Under the pieces are notes generated by a model, which was not told the origin of the DNA, did no database searches, and saw only the letters and a list, made by a program, of their open reading frames with translations. The translations under genes were made by a program, and so were the position numbers. A stretch of 64,000 bases of DNA from Candidatus Hydrogenedentales bacterium (GTDB lineage: Bacteria > Hydrogenedentota > Hydrogenedentia > Hydrogenedentales > SLHB01): assembly GCA_050950105.1 (NCBI GenBank), contig JBMNGZ010000005.1, positions 684,168 to 748,167 of the forward strand, written 5' to 3'. The stretch's first letter is position 1, and each line of letters opens with the position of its first letter. Shown piece after piece: positions 42,758 through 50,977 of the stretch.

Positions 42758-42960
42758 GACATCGCCCCGGGGACTGCGACATAACGGCACTCCCCGGGGT
42801 ATTACGACAGGACATCGCTCCCGGGGACTGCGGCATAGCGGCACTCCTCGGGGCATTACGACATGACATCGCCCCCGGGGACTGCGGTATAACGACACTC
42901 CTCGGGGCATTACGACCCGACATTGCCCCCGGGATGGCTCCGCACGGAGCCTCCCGGGCC
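42758..42960. repeat. 54-bp tandem hairpin minisatellite, ~3.7 copies. Unit GACATCGCCCCGGGGACTGCGACATAACGGCACTCCCCGGGGTATTACGA.
   Basis: Copies at 42758-42808, 42809-42862 and 42863-42916, plus a partial copy. Each unit carries an inverted repeat CCCCGGGGACTGCG...GCACTCCCCGGGG. No unique spacers. Confidence 0.8.
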
Positions 42961-43195
42961 TCAACTAATTGCCCACAGACCATTCCTGCTTTTGATGGCG
43001 CGCACGCGGTCCGCCTCGCGGAAACCTCTGCTCTGTCATCCGGTCCGCCATCTGCCCCGGCCACCACACGGAGATCAGCCTACGCAGCTCGGAACCTCTG
43101 GGTGACCGTGTTTTTCGACCGGCGTCTGCGCACAGTTGTGCAGATTGGCGCGGAGGGCGATGGAGATGGGGGAGAGGTGATTTGAGGGAAGAAAC

Positions 43196-43274
43196 TGGTC
43201 GGGGCGGCGGGATTCGAACCCGCGACCTCCTGCTCCCAAAGCAGGCACGCTAAACCGGGCTGCGCTACGCCCCG
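43196..43274 (-). tRNA. tRNA-Pro (anticodon UGG)
   Basis: Reverse complement CGGGGCGTAGCGCAGCCCGGTTTAGCGTGCCTGCTTTGGGAGCAGGAGGTCGCGGGTTCGAATCCCGCCGCCCCGACCA. 7-bp acceptor stem, anticodon stem CCTGC/GCAGG, loop TTTGGGA with TGG at positions 34-36, T-loop GGTTCGAATCC, encoded CCA. Confidence 0.85.
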
Positions 43275-43342
43275 ACCGGATTGAGACGGAAGATAGGATA
43301 CCATAGAGGACGGGTGCGAAGCACGCGTTTCGTTGGGCGCGG

Positions 43343-43678
43343 CATTCTAATACTGAGTGCACGGTTCCTGGGTTTAGCCCTTTCCCGTCGGAGCCGTCCG
43401 TCGCTCACCGTGAGCGGCGGCGGACGATGACAGAGGGAAGGACGGCCTTTTTCCTGTTGGTGAGTCTTGAGCGAGGAGGTGGAAAAGAAAAAGACATCGG
43501 GACCCATTCGGTATTCTTGGAGATAGCAACCAACCAAGAGCGAAAGGAATCCCGATGTCCTACACCCATCTTACCCCAATGGAGCGCGCGAAGATCGAGT
43601 TTTTTTTCGCACAGGGATGGAGCTACACTGCGATTGCCTGCCAATTGGGCCGGCATCGCATGACCATTAGCCGCGGTA
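43343..43678 (+). mobile_element. IS30-family IS, 5' portion only: IRL CATTCTAATACTGAGTGCACGG, ~190-bp leader, first 39 transposase codons
   Basis: The IRL matches the rc of the locus-1 right end (21/23). The leader is ~75% similar to locus-1 internal sequence. It is truncated by insertion of the next element at 43679. Confidence 0.55.
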
Positions 43679-43691
43679 CATTCACGTTTTA
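43555..43691 (+). pseudogene. IS30-family transposase N-terminal HTH fragment (truncated after the TISR motif)
   Basis: MSYTHLTPMERAKIEFFFAQGWSYTAIACQLGRHRMTISR|GTFTF*. Matches the IS30-family N-terminal consensus MxYxHLTxxER...LGR..STISRE. Diverges exactly where the second element's IRR begins. Confidence 0.65.
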
Positions 43692-45040
43692 AGTGCGCGC
43701 AAGGCGATTTTCCGTTTTTGCAGGAAGATTTCATTGGCTGTTCGATATCCGAGGCATTTTGGGGGCCGGTTGTTTAGTCCATAGACTATCTCCTGAAGTT
43801 TCTCTAATGTAGGGGCAACCTCCTGGGTCGCCCATCCGGATTGTATTGGCAACCCCCACGCGCTGCAGTAACCTGGATGCACCAGGGCAACCCCAACGCG
43901 GCAGCGTTCCGGAATGTAGGGGCAGACCCCCGTGTCTGCCCATCCGGATCGCCCCTGCGGCTGCGTTAAAGAAGGGCAGGCACAGGGGCCTGCGCCTACG
44001 CGCTGCGCAAAGCAGTCCCCGCGCGGCCGGCCATCCGGATCGCTCACGCACTTCGACGGGACGCTGTGAGCTGGAAGTCACACCCCCCAAAATCCAAGCT
44101 GCAAAACTCCACCTCCGAATCGGTTGACGCCGATTCTCCTCTGCCCGCGGAGGATGGGTAGCCTGGGAGCGCCGACGTCCTCGTCGGCACACGGTTCAGC
44201 CCCGCCCGCGTGGGACAGGTGCGCCGCATCTCAATCTCCAGTTCGGGTTCTTATGTCCCCCGCTGATGGAGCAAAGTATGCCTCGCTGGCCAGCACCGGT
44301 TCCGGGTCTTCTGTCCCCCGCGGGCGGGGGTGGACACGCGCCCCGCGTGGCCGGGGGTGGATTGTGCGGGCAGACACGGGGGTCTGTCCCTACGCGCTGC
44401 GTAAAGCAGTCCCCCGCGGTTGCCGTCCGGATTATTTGGGCAACCCCCACGCGCTGCACAACCTGGGTATGTCGCGGCAACCACAACGCGGCAGCGTTCC
44501 GGAATGTAGGGGCAGACCCCCGTGTCTGCCCATCCGGATCGCCCCTGCGGCTGCGTTTAAGAAGGGCAGGCACAGGGGCCTGCCCTATGCGCTGCGCAAA
44601 GCAGTCCCCGCGCGGCCGGCCATCCGGATCGCTCACGCACTTCGACGGGACGCTGCGAGCTGGAAGTCACACCCCAAAATCCAAGCTGCAAAACTCCACC
44701 TCCGAATCGGTTGACGCCGATTCTCCTCTGCCCGCGGAGGATGGGTAGCCTGGGAGCGCCGACGTCCTCGTGCGGCACACGGTTCAGCCCCGCCCGCGTG
44801 GGACAAGTGCGCCGCATCTCAATCTCCAGTTCGGGTTCTTATGTCCCCCGCCTGATGGAGCAAAGTATGCCTCGCTAGCCACCACCGGTTCCGGGTCTTG
44901 TGTCCCCCGCGGGCGGGGGTGGACACGCGTCCCCGCGTGGCCGGGGGTGGATTGTGCGGACAGACACGGGAGTCTGCGCCTACGCGCTGCGCAAAGCAGC
45001 CCTCGCGGTTGCCGTCCGGATTACTTGGGCAAGCCCAACG
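43679..45040 (-). mobile_element. IS30-derived non-autonomous element inserted into the IS30 copy above. Structure: IRR CATTCACGTTTTAAGTGCGC, antisense remnant of the last ~43 transposase codons (…LEKLQEIVYGLNNRPPKCLGYRTANEIFLQKRKIALRALKT*), and a ~1.2-kb array of REP-like palindromes. Right boundary degenerate.
   Basis: The 130-bp IRR plus C-terminal-remnant 'leader' (43679-43812) is ~85% identical to 3569-3705. Its junction with the REP array is identical in both loci (…TCTAATGTAGGGG). LNNRPPKCLGY matches IS30 LNNRPRKTLGF. Confidence 0.55.
43849..45029. repeat. Two tandem copies of a 590-bp unit (43849-44438 and 44439-45029, ~95% identical). Each unit is built from GTAG-initiated REP-like palindromes and CATCCGGAT motifs.
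   Basis: Direct read-through alignment; period 590 bp. Sub-elements include GTAGGGGCAGACCCCCGTGTCTGCCCATCCGGATCGCCCCTG, GAAGGGCAGGCACAGGGGCCTGCGCCTACGCGCTGCG and GCGGGCAGACACGGGGGTCTGTCCCTACGCGCTGCG. A third unit starts and is truncated (GGGCAAGCCCAACG). Confidence 0.8.
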
Positions 45041-45173
45041 TGGTTGCGTTCCTGCTGGCGGATCGGCCAAAATGGGTCGTCCGGGTGGTTTTTGATTTCA
45101 CGGTTCGCCATACAATGAGGCGCGGGATGTTTTGTACGGAATCCCGGCGTCTGTCTGGCTGAAGGAGACGGGT

Positions 45174-45772
45174 GCATGAGGAAGGTGTTGACGTTTATCG
45201 GAGTGGTGGTGGTGGTCGGCGTCGTGGCCTCGTTTAATCACTGGGGTACCGCTTGAACAATGTCATCAATCTCCATACTGAGATGGCGAAGAACGTGCGG
45301 CAATCGCTGGTTGACCGGGGTATGCGCCCGATCCCCTGGGAATTGCTGGCGAAGACCCAGGGCGAATTCGAGTCGGTGCCCGTCTATCCGCCGGAATTGA
45401 AGGAACACGAGGGGGAAACAAGTTATGTTTGTGGGCTACGGCATGCCGCTGAGCGGCGATCTGCCGTCGCATGATCATGACCATGATCATGCCCACGCGT
45501 CGATGCTGCCGCGTGTTCTGCCGCTTCTCGAGCTTTTCAAAGGGCATGTCCACACGCAGAAATATAACGGGGTGCCGGAGGTGATGCTGACCCCTCTGCC
45601 GCTTGAATGCTATAGGAAACGCTTGCCGCCACTAAACCAGGCCGTCTATGTACGCCCGGCCGAGCCTATTGATTTTGCGGACGGCTCGGTGATCGGATTT
45701 CGAGGCACGCTGGAACTGCGGGGAAATGGAAGGCCCAAGTTTTTCTTCGTCCTCACGAACGCCGAATGTTGA
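45174..45772 (+). CDS. DUF3299-domain protein with N-terminal TM segment. At least 2 frame breaks (~45250, ~45420).
   Basis: MRKVLTFIGVVVVVGVVASF (TM), then MRPIPWELLAKTQGEFESVPVYPPELKEHEGE, then GYGMPLSGD...VPEVMLTPLPLECYRKRLPPLNQAVYVRP. This resembles the DUF3299 core 'GYMVPL...EFLLVP...PPPPNQIVHV'. Confidence 0.5.
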
Positions 45773-45853
45773 AATAATGTCGCGTGGGGGAGGGGCGTTG
45801 CGTCTCCGGCTGTGTGGGCTGGCTGCTCCGGCGCCGGGGGATGAGGAATCTCG

Positions 45854-47961
45854 TTGACCGCCAGGACGTGCACGAATCCAAACGAGGCGTTCGAGCCCGG
45901 AACGTCGTCGCTGGAGCAAACGGTGGCCGCGTTGCCCGGAATTGGCGACAAACGCGCTGAACTGCTCCGTAATCTCGACATCGTCACAATCCGCGATCTG
46001 CTGTTTTATTTACCCCGGACGTATGAAGATCGCCGCCGGGCTTGCCCGATTGCGCGCCTGAAGGAAGGCGACACCGCGACCATCCGGGCCGTGGTGGTGC
46101 GCTCGGCCACCCGGCGCCTGCGCCGCAGGCTCGCCGCCACCGAAGCCCTGCTGCGCGACGACTCGGGCGAAATCAAGGCCATCTGGTTTGGATTGGGGTT
46201 TCTCTCGCGCACGTTGACCTCCGGCAGGGAAGGGTTTTTCACGGGGACGGCCGGGAAATGGAACGGTCTGAGCCTGCGGAATCCCGACTACGAATTGTTG
46301 TCACATGACGACGAAGATCGGCTCCACACCGGCCGTATCGTGCCCGTCTACCGCCTCACCGAAAAGGTCTCCCAGCGGATGTTCCGCCGCTGGGTCCGCA
46401 TCGCTCTCGACGAAGCCCGGGATCTCGTCGAGGACCGGTTGCCTTCGGATATCGCCCGGCGCCAGGCCCATCGTGACGTGCGCCGGGCCATCGAGGCCGT
46501 CCATTTTCCCGGCAGCCTGGAAGAGGCCCGCAAAGCGCGCGACCGGTTCGCTTACGAAGAACTCCTCGGCATTCAACTCGGCATCCTTCAGGGCCGGGCG
46601 CGTCGTGCCCATGAGGAGGATGGCTACTGCCACGTTATCGACGGGCCGCGCCTGAACGCCCTGCGGCAATCGCTCCCGTTTGCGCTGACACGCGCCCAGA
46701 CGCGCGCCGTGGACGACATCCTGCGGGACATGGCGTCCGTTCGTCCGATGGTCCGGCTCCTTCAGGGGGACGTGGGTTGTGGAAAGACGGTCGTAGCCCT
46801 GCATGCGCTCGCGGCCGCCGCCGACGGAGGCTACCAGGCCGCGCTGATGGCCCCCACCGAGATCCTGGCCGAGCAGCACGCGCTGAACCTGCGTGAAACG
46901 CTCGAGCCGCTGGGCATGACGGTCGAGGTCCTGACCGGCTCGACGGGCGCCGCCCGCGCCGTCCGCCAACTCGCGGCTGCCGGCAGCGTCGACGTTCTCG
47001 TGGGCACCCAGGCGCTGATCCAGGAAAAGACCGGCTTCCGCAACCTGGGACTGGTTATCATCGACGAACAGCACCGCTTTCGGCGTCGTCCAGCGCGACG
47101 CCCTCGTGCAGAAGGGCGCTGCGCCCCGACATTCTCCACATGACCGCCACGCCCATCCCCCGCACCCTGGCCATCACGGTCTATGGCGGCATGGACATCA
47201 GCGTCATCGACGAACTGCCGCCGGGACGCCAGCCCGTCAAGACGCGCCGCGTCACCCCGGCCAAAGTCGAACGACTCTGTACGCCTACATCAGCCGAACA
47301 GGCCCGGAAAGGGTTCCAGACCTATATCGTGTGCCCGCTGGTCGAGGAATCCGACAAGCGCGCCCTCACCTCCGTGGTCCACCATTTCGAGGAGCTGTCC
47401 GCCGGACCCTTCTCGCGAACTTCGCACGGGGCTCCTCCACGGGCGTCAAGGCCTTCGCGGAGAAGGACGCGGTCATGCGCCGTTTCAAGCGAGGGCGAAC
47501 TCGACGTCCTCTTCACCACCACCGTCATCGAGGTCGGCATCGACTGTCCCTAACGCCACCACCATCGTGATTGAAGACGCGCCCCAGTTCGGGCTCACCC
47601 AGCTCCACCAGCTTCGGGGCCGGGTCGGGCGGGGCGCCGAGCCGTCCCACTGCTTTCTGCTGGGCAAGCACACGCCACGCCCGACGGCAAGAAGCGCGTC
47701 GAGGTCATGTGCGCCACCGGCAGCGGCTTCGACATCGCCGAGGCCGACCTCGAACTCCGCGGGCCCGGCGAATTCCGCGGCGTGCGCCAGTCCGGCCTGA
47801 GCGACCTGCGCATGTCGCCGACCTGCTCCGCGACGTGCGCCTGCTCGAGCAGGCCCGCCGCGAAGCCGAGGCCATCCTGCAGCACGATCCCGGCCTTGCC
47901 GCGCCCGAATATCCAGGCCCTGGCCCGGCTCGCCCAACGCTACGACGGAATGGCCCTCTGA
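45854..47961 (+). pseudogene. recG: ATP-dependent DNA helicase RecG. Full-length homology but at least 6-7 frame disruptions (~47083, ~47410-47470, ~47552, ~47690, ~47810, ~47900).
   Basis: Wedge domain present. Helicase motifs LLQGDVGCGKTVVA, IIDEQHRF|, [31 protein letters not shown]|[28 protein letters not shown] and [19 protein letters not shown] are spread over at least 6 ORFs in three frames. The 47083 shift sits in a T-run (cgctttcgg). Confidence 0.8.
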
Positions 47962-48211
47962 TCCGGGACCTGCGCGGCGGACCAGCGCAAAGTCCTGGAC
48001 GCGATGGACAAGATGGACAAGAGGGATGCCCCGGCCCCTGACGATTCCGCTGGAATCGAGGCCGCGGGCACGGCCCCTTTCGCCCATACCGCCCATGGGG
48101 TCCACACGTCCACCGCCGATGGCCACCATCCGCCGAGCGGGGCCAGGCATGACCCGTTGTCCTCCCCCGGGGTGTCTGCTATAGTAGATCCGCGGGAAGG
48201 AGGGGCTTTCC

Positions 48212-48771
48212 ATGCAACGGCCAACGGCTGTGACGGTATTCGGGGCCTTGAACATCGTTTTCGGGGTGATGGCGGTCACGCTTACGCCGCTTGTGCTCAT
48301 CACAATCAAGCTTGGCAACATCTACTTGAAAGCCTGCCTGAAGCGTCGCAAATGGAGAGCCCGCTCCAGAGGATGGTGCAGTCTCCCAGTTTTATGGCCT
48401 ACACCCGCGTGAGTGTGGCGGCGACCATGGCGGTGGGGGCTCTCCAGATTGCCGCGGGCATCGGCTTGCTGAAATTGCGGCCGTGGGCGCGTCATGTGTC
48501 GATCGGCTATGCGGTGTACAGCTGGGTGGCTACCACTGCCGGGGCGGTGATCAACTATTTTCTGATCTATGCCCCGATGCTGCAGGCCCCCTCGGGCGAA
48601 TCCGCACGCATCGTATTCGCAAGCTCCATTGTATGCACGGCCGTCGGCACGTTCACGTCGTTGATCTATCCGACGATCCTGCTCATCTTCATGTTGCGGC
48701 CCGAGATCAGGGCGGCCTTTCAACCCGGCTGGGGCACACCGCCGCCCGTTTCGCCGGGTTCGGAGTCTTGA
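48212..48771 (+). CDS. Small polytopic membrane protein (hypothetical). Frame break near 48350.
   Basis: MQRPTAVTVFGALNIVFGVMAVTLTPLVLITIKLG (TM1) continues in the other frame as ...SFMAYTRVSVAATMAVGALQIAAGIGLLKLRPWARHV...IYPTILLIFMLRPEIRAAF. Confidence 0.4.
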
Positions 48772-48788
48772 CCGTCTCATCCCCCAAC

Positions 48789-48825
48789 AAAAAAGCCCCC
48801 TGCGGGCAGGGGGCTTTTGTTTTTG
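48789..48825. terminator. Bidirectional rho-independent terminator: AAAAAAGCCCCCTGC-GG-GCAGGGGGCTTTTGTTTTT
   Basis: Perfect 9-bp GC-rich stem with 2-nt loop, flanked by an A-run and a T-run. It lies between the convergent membrane gene (+) and the sORF/PEP-CTERM genes (-). An exact copy sits at 50609-50645. Confidence 0.75.
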
Positions 48826-48845
48826 CCGGCGACGGGCGGCGGCGG

Positions 48846-48977
48846 ACTAGCGGGACATCCAGAGCATATTGGCAATCAGCAGTTGTTCGAGGCCCACGAA
48901 AAGCTCGGACTGGCTATCCCCATTGCGGTTTTCCGCACGCTTGAGGCCGGCAGCGCCATTTGTGACGCTGCCGGCCA
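48846..48977 (-). CDS. Conserved small ORF (43 aa), 41 nt downstream of the PEP-CTERM gene: MAGSVTNGAAGLKRAENRNGDSQSELFVGLEQLLIANMLWMSR
   Basis: The C-terminal 30 codons plus the following terminator are conserved (~85% nt identity) with a second copy at 50665-50785. 3 of 8 codon differences are synonymous. Weak RBS (aagg). No family recognised. Confidence 0.3.
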
Positions 48978-49017
48978 TAAAGCCTTGCCAATACCTAAGT
49001 TGCGACCGCTGTCCGAA

Positions 49018-49725
49018 TCAGCTCCGGCTGCGTTTACGCGCGGCTTTGAACGCCAACGCGGCAACACCAAGCCCCAGGAGAGTCATCGACGCGGGTTCAG
49101 GAACCACTGCCGATTCGATGGTGAGGGAGGCGTTGTCCAGCGGACCGTAATACCCGCTGAAGTAGGTCCATGACGGCGAAGAGTACCAGGGATTGCCGCA
49201 CCAGGTCGGAGTCGGTACGCCGCTGTAGCTCAGCTCGAAGGTGGCGTAGAAGGGGTCCCCATTCTCTTCAAACAAGGCGGTGACTTGAGCTGCGAGATCC
49301 GCATGCCCGGCGATTTCGTTTCCATTGGCCCAATCGGGATCGGGCATGTAATACTCGCTGTAGTCCGCTGAGAAGTTGAAATCGACGATCGTTCCATAAT
49401 AGGCGTAACGAGACTCCGGATCGCTCGACGAATACCAGGGATCATCGGGCATGTTGGACAAATAGACCCAGCCCGAATCGAACCACCACTGAATGTCCCA
49501 CTGGGTATAGGCTCCCGTCCAGTTGTTGGCGAACACGAATCCAAACTGGTTGTCCCACTGAGTTCCGATTTCCCTGGTGTCAGGCAGGCCGGAGGGGCTG
49601 TTTGGGCTGGTCGACCAGGTCTGAGGCTCGGTGATGATGTTGTCATAGGTGCCGAAGATAGGCGCGGCGTGCGCCACGCCCAGGGTGATCAGACAGACAG
49701 CCAATGCCATACAGATGTTTTTCAT
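49018..49725 (-). CDS. PEP-CTERM sorting-domain protein (exosortase substrate), secreted
   Basis: Signal peptide MKNICMALAVCLITLGVAHA. W/Y/G/D-rich repeats. C-terminal VPEPASMTLLGLGVAALAFKAARKRSRS is the canonical PEP-CTERM motif (TM helix plus Arg cluster). Confidence 0.85.
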   Translation of the reverse strand: MKNICMALAVCLITLGVAHAAPIFGTYDNIITEPQTWSTSPNSPSGLPDTREIGTQWDNQFGFVFANNWTGAYTQWDIQWWFDSGWVYLSNMPDDPWYSSSDPESRYAYYGTIVDFNFSADYSEYYMPDPDWANGNEIAGHADLAAQVTALFEENGDPFYATFELSYSGVPTPTWCGNPWYSSPSWTYFSGYYGPLDNASLTIESAVVPEPASMTLLGLGVAALAFKAARKRSRS

Positions 49726-50282
49726 GCGAACTACTCCTCGTTACTCTGGCTACGCGAGGGGAATAACGTATGCCAGTAATGCATATCTCGGGCATTTCAG
49801 CGTGTCGTGGTCCCCCTACAACTTCGAATTACGCACGCCGACTTTCTGTCATGAAGATGCTGCAATATTCATGCCGTTTTTTGAGAAATTTCATAAGTGG
49901 CGACAATCCAGTCTTTTATGTTAACCATGCCACAGTGGCTGAATTAGCCATCTGGTCGTCTGTTAAGCAAACGTGAACACTCTATGGCCGATATAAAATT
50001 GCATTCTTTCGAGATAAACTTGGATATAGAAGGTCGATATCCGTATTTTGCGTAAAAATCGTGGTTCCGGGCCTTTCAGGCGTCTCCCTACGTTGCCTGT
50101 CAGGGTTTGGGGGGGACCTGCAAGCCAAAAAGAGGCGTACTGCGAATTATCGTTGAATTTCGCCCCGGCAGAGCCTGCCGCCAGCACATGAACCGAAAAT
50201 CTCGTTTGGAGGCACAGGCGGCAGCGCCTGTGCCGACGCTGCCGCCCATAAGTATAAAATCGGGTCAACAGTGTCGATATGT

Positions 50283-50600
50283 CCCGTAATCAGCCCGGGT
50301 TGCGCTTTCGTACGGCTTTGAACGCCAACGCGGCAACACCAAGCCCCGGGAGGGTCATCGACGCGGGTTTAAGAGCCACCGCCGATTCGATGGTGAGGGA
50401 GGCGTTGTCCAGCGGACCGTAATACCCGCTGAAGTAGGTCCATGACGGCGGAGAGTACCCGGGATTGCCGCAGCAGGTCGGAGTTGGTACGCCGCTGTAG
50501 CTCAGCTCGAAGGTGGCGTAGAAGGGGTCCCCATTTCTTCAAAGAGGGGAGTGACTTGAGCTGCGAGTTGCGCGTGCCCGGCGATTTTGCTTGCATTCTT
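50283..50600 (-). pseudogene. 3' fragment (~105 codons) of a PEP-CTERM paralog, 5'-truncated, with indel and degraded motif (…ALKPASMTLPGLGVAALAFKAVRKRNPG*)
   Basis: ~88% nt identity to 49021-49330. Has a 1-nt deletion (cccattctcttc > cccatttcttc). PEP changed to LKP. Homology ends at ~50600, where the terminator copy is fused. Confidence 0.6.
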
Positions 50601-50608
50601 CCGTTTAT

Positions 50609-50645
50609 CAAAAAAGCCCCCTGCGGGCAGGGGGCTTTTGTTTTT
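50609..50645. terminator. Second copy of the AAAAAAGCCCCCTGC-GG-GCAGGGGGCTTTTGTTTTT terminator
   Basis: Identical hairpin to the one at 48795-48814. Precedes the duplicated sORF tail in the same relative arrangement. Confidence 0.7.
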
Positions 50646-50664
50646 GCCGGCGACGGGCGGCGGA

Positions 50665-50841
50665 CTAGCGGGACATCCAGAGCATGTTGGCAATCAGCAG
50701 TTGTTCGAGGCTCATTAAAAGTTCGGACTGGCTGTCCCCATGGTGGTTTTCAGCGCGGGTTGACGCCGACAGCGGCACCGCACCTCGCGCCTGTTTCGCT
50801 GCGGTACACTCGTTCCAGAGCATCGTTTCTTCCCCTTTCAT
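50665..50841 (-). CDS. Second copy of the conserved small ORF (…RAENHHGDSQSELLMSLEQLLIANMLWMSR*). N-terminus uncertain.
   Basis: Shares the C-terminal ~38 codons and stop with the sORF at 48846. Lies downstream of the CDP-sugar epimerase gene. Only the M58 start (MKGEETMLWNEC...) was considered. Confidence 0.3.
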   Translation of the reverse strand: MKGEETMLWNECTAAKQARGAVPLSASTRAENHHGDSQSELLMSLEQLLIANMLWMSR

Positions 50842-50977
50842 CCGGCGCCATACCGGACTAAACAACGGGCGCGTTCTGACCAGAACGCGCCCGAATTGGC
50901 TCTTGATTCGCTTTGTCAACGTAAACAACCGGGGTGGGGCGGCTATTCCGAAGGTGTGCGTACGGCGGGACCGTGGT

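Noticed and set aside
42758-42960. CRISPR-like array (54-bp periodicity)
   Set aside because: Entire units are repeated with only SNPs and have no spacer/repeat alternation. This is a tandem minisatellite.
43555-43691. Treating the IS30 N-terminal ORF as an intact small HTH protein
   Set aside because: It ends in GTFTF* exactly at the inserted IRR. Canonical IS30 continues TISREIKRN…, so this is a truncation and not a native stop.
43682-44636. ORFs 43682..44047, 44196..44636, 43731..44192, 44124..44714 as protein-coding (three begin MSDPDGRPRGDCFAQR)
   Set aside because: They are R/G/P-rich translations of GC-rich palindromic repeats. Only the last ~43 codons of 43682..44047 (IS30 C-terminal remnant) have any homology. 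Their similarity to each other is a by-product of DNA repetition.
43806-45040. CRISPR array interpretation of the repeat-rich block downstream of a conserved 130-bp 'leader'
   Set aside because: The units are imperfect palindromes present in both orientations. There are no unique spacers of constant length, and the whole 590-bp block is itself duplicated. The 'leader' is the IRR plus C-terminal remnant of an IS30 transposase. No cas genes are in the window.
47140-47961. Calling the recG pieces separate helicase-domain genes
   Set aside because: Pieces tile a single RecG alignment in order with no gaps. This is one gene with indels.
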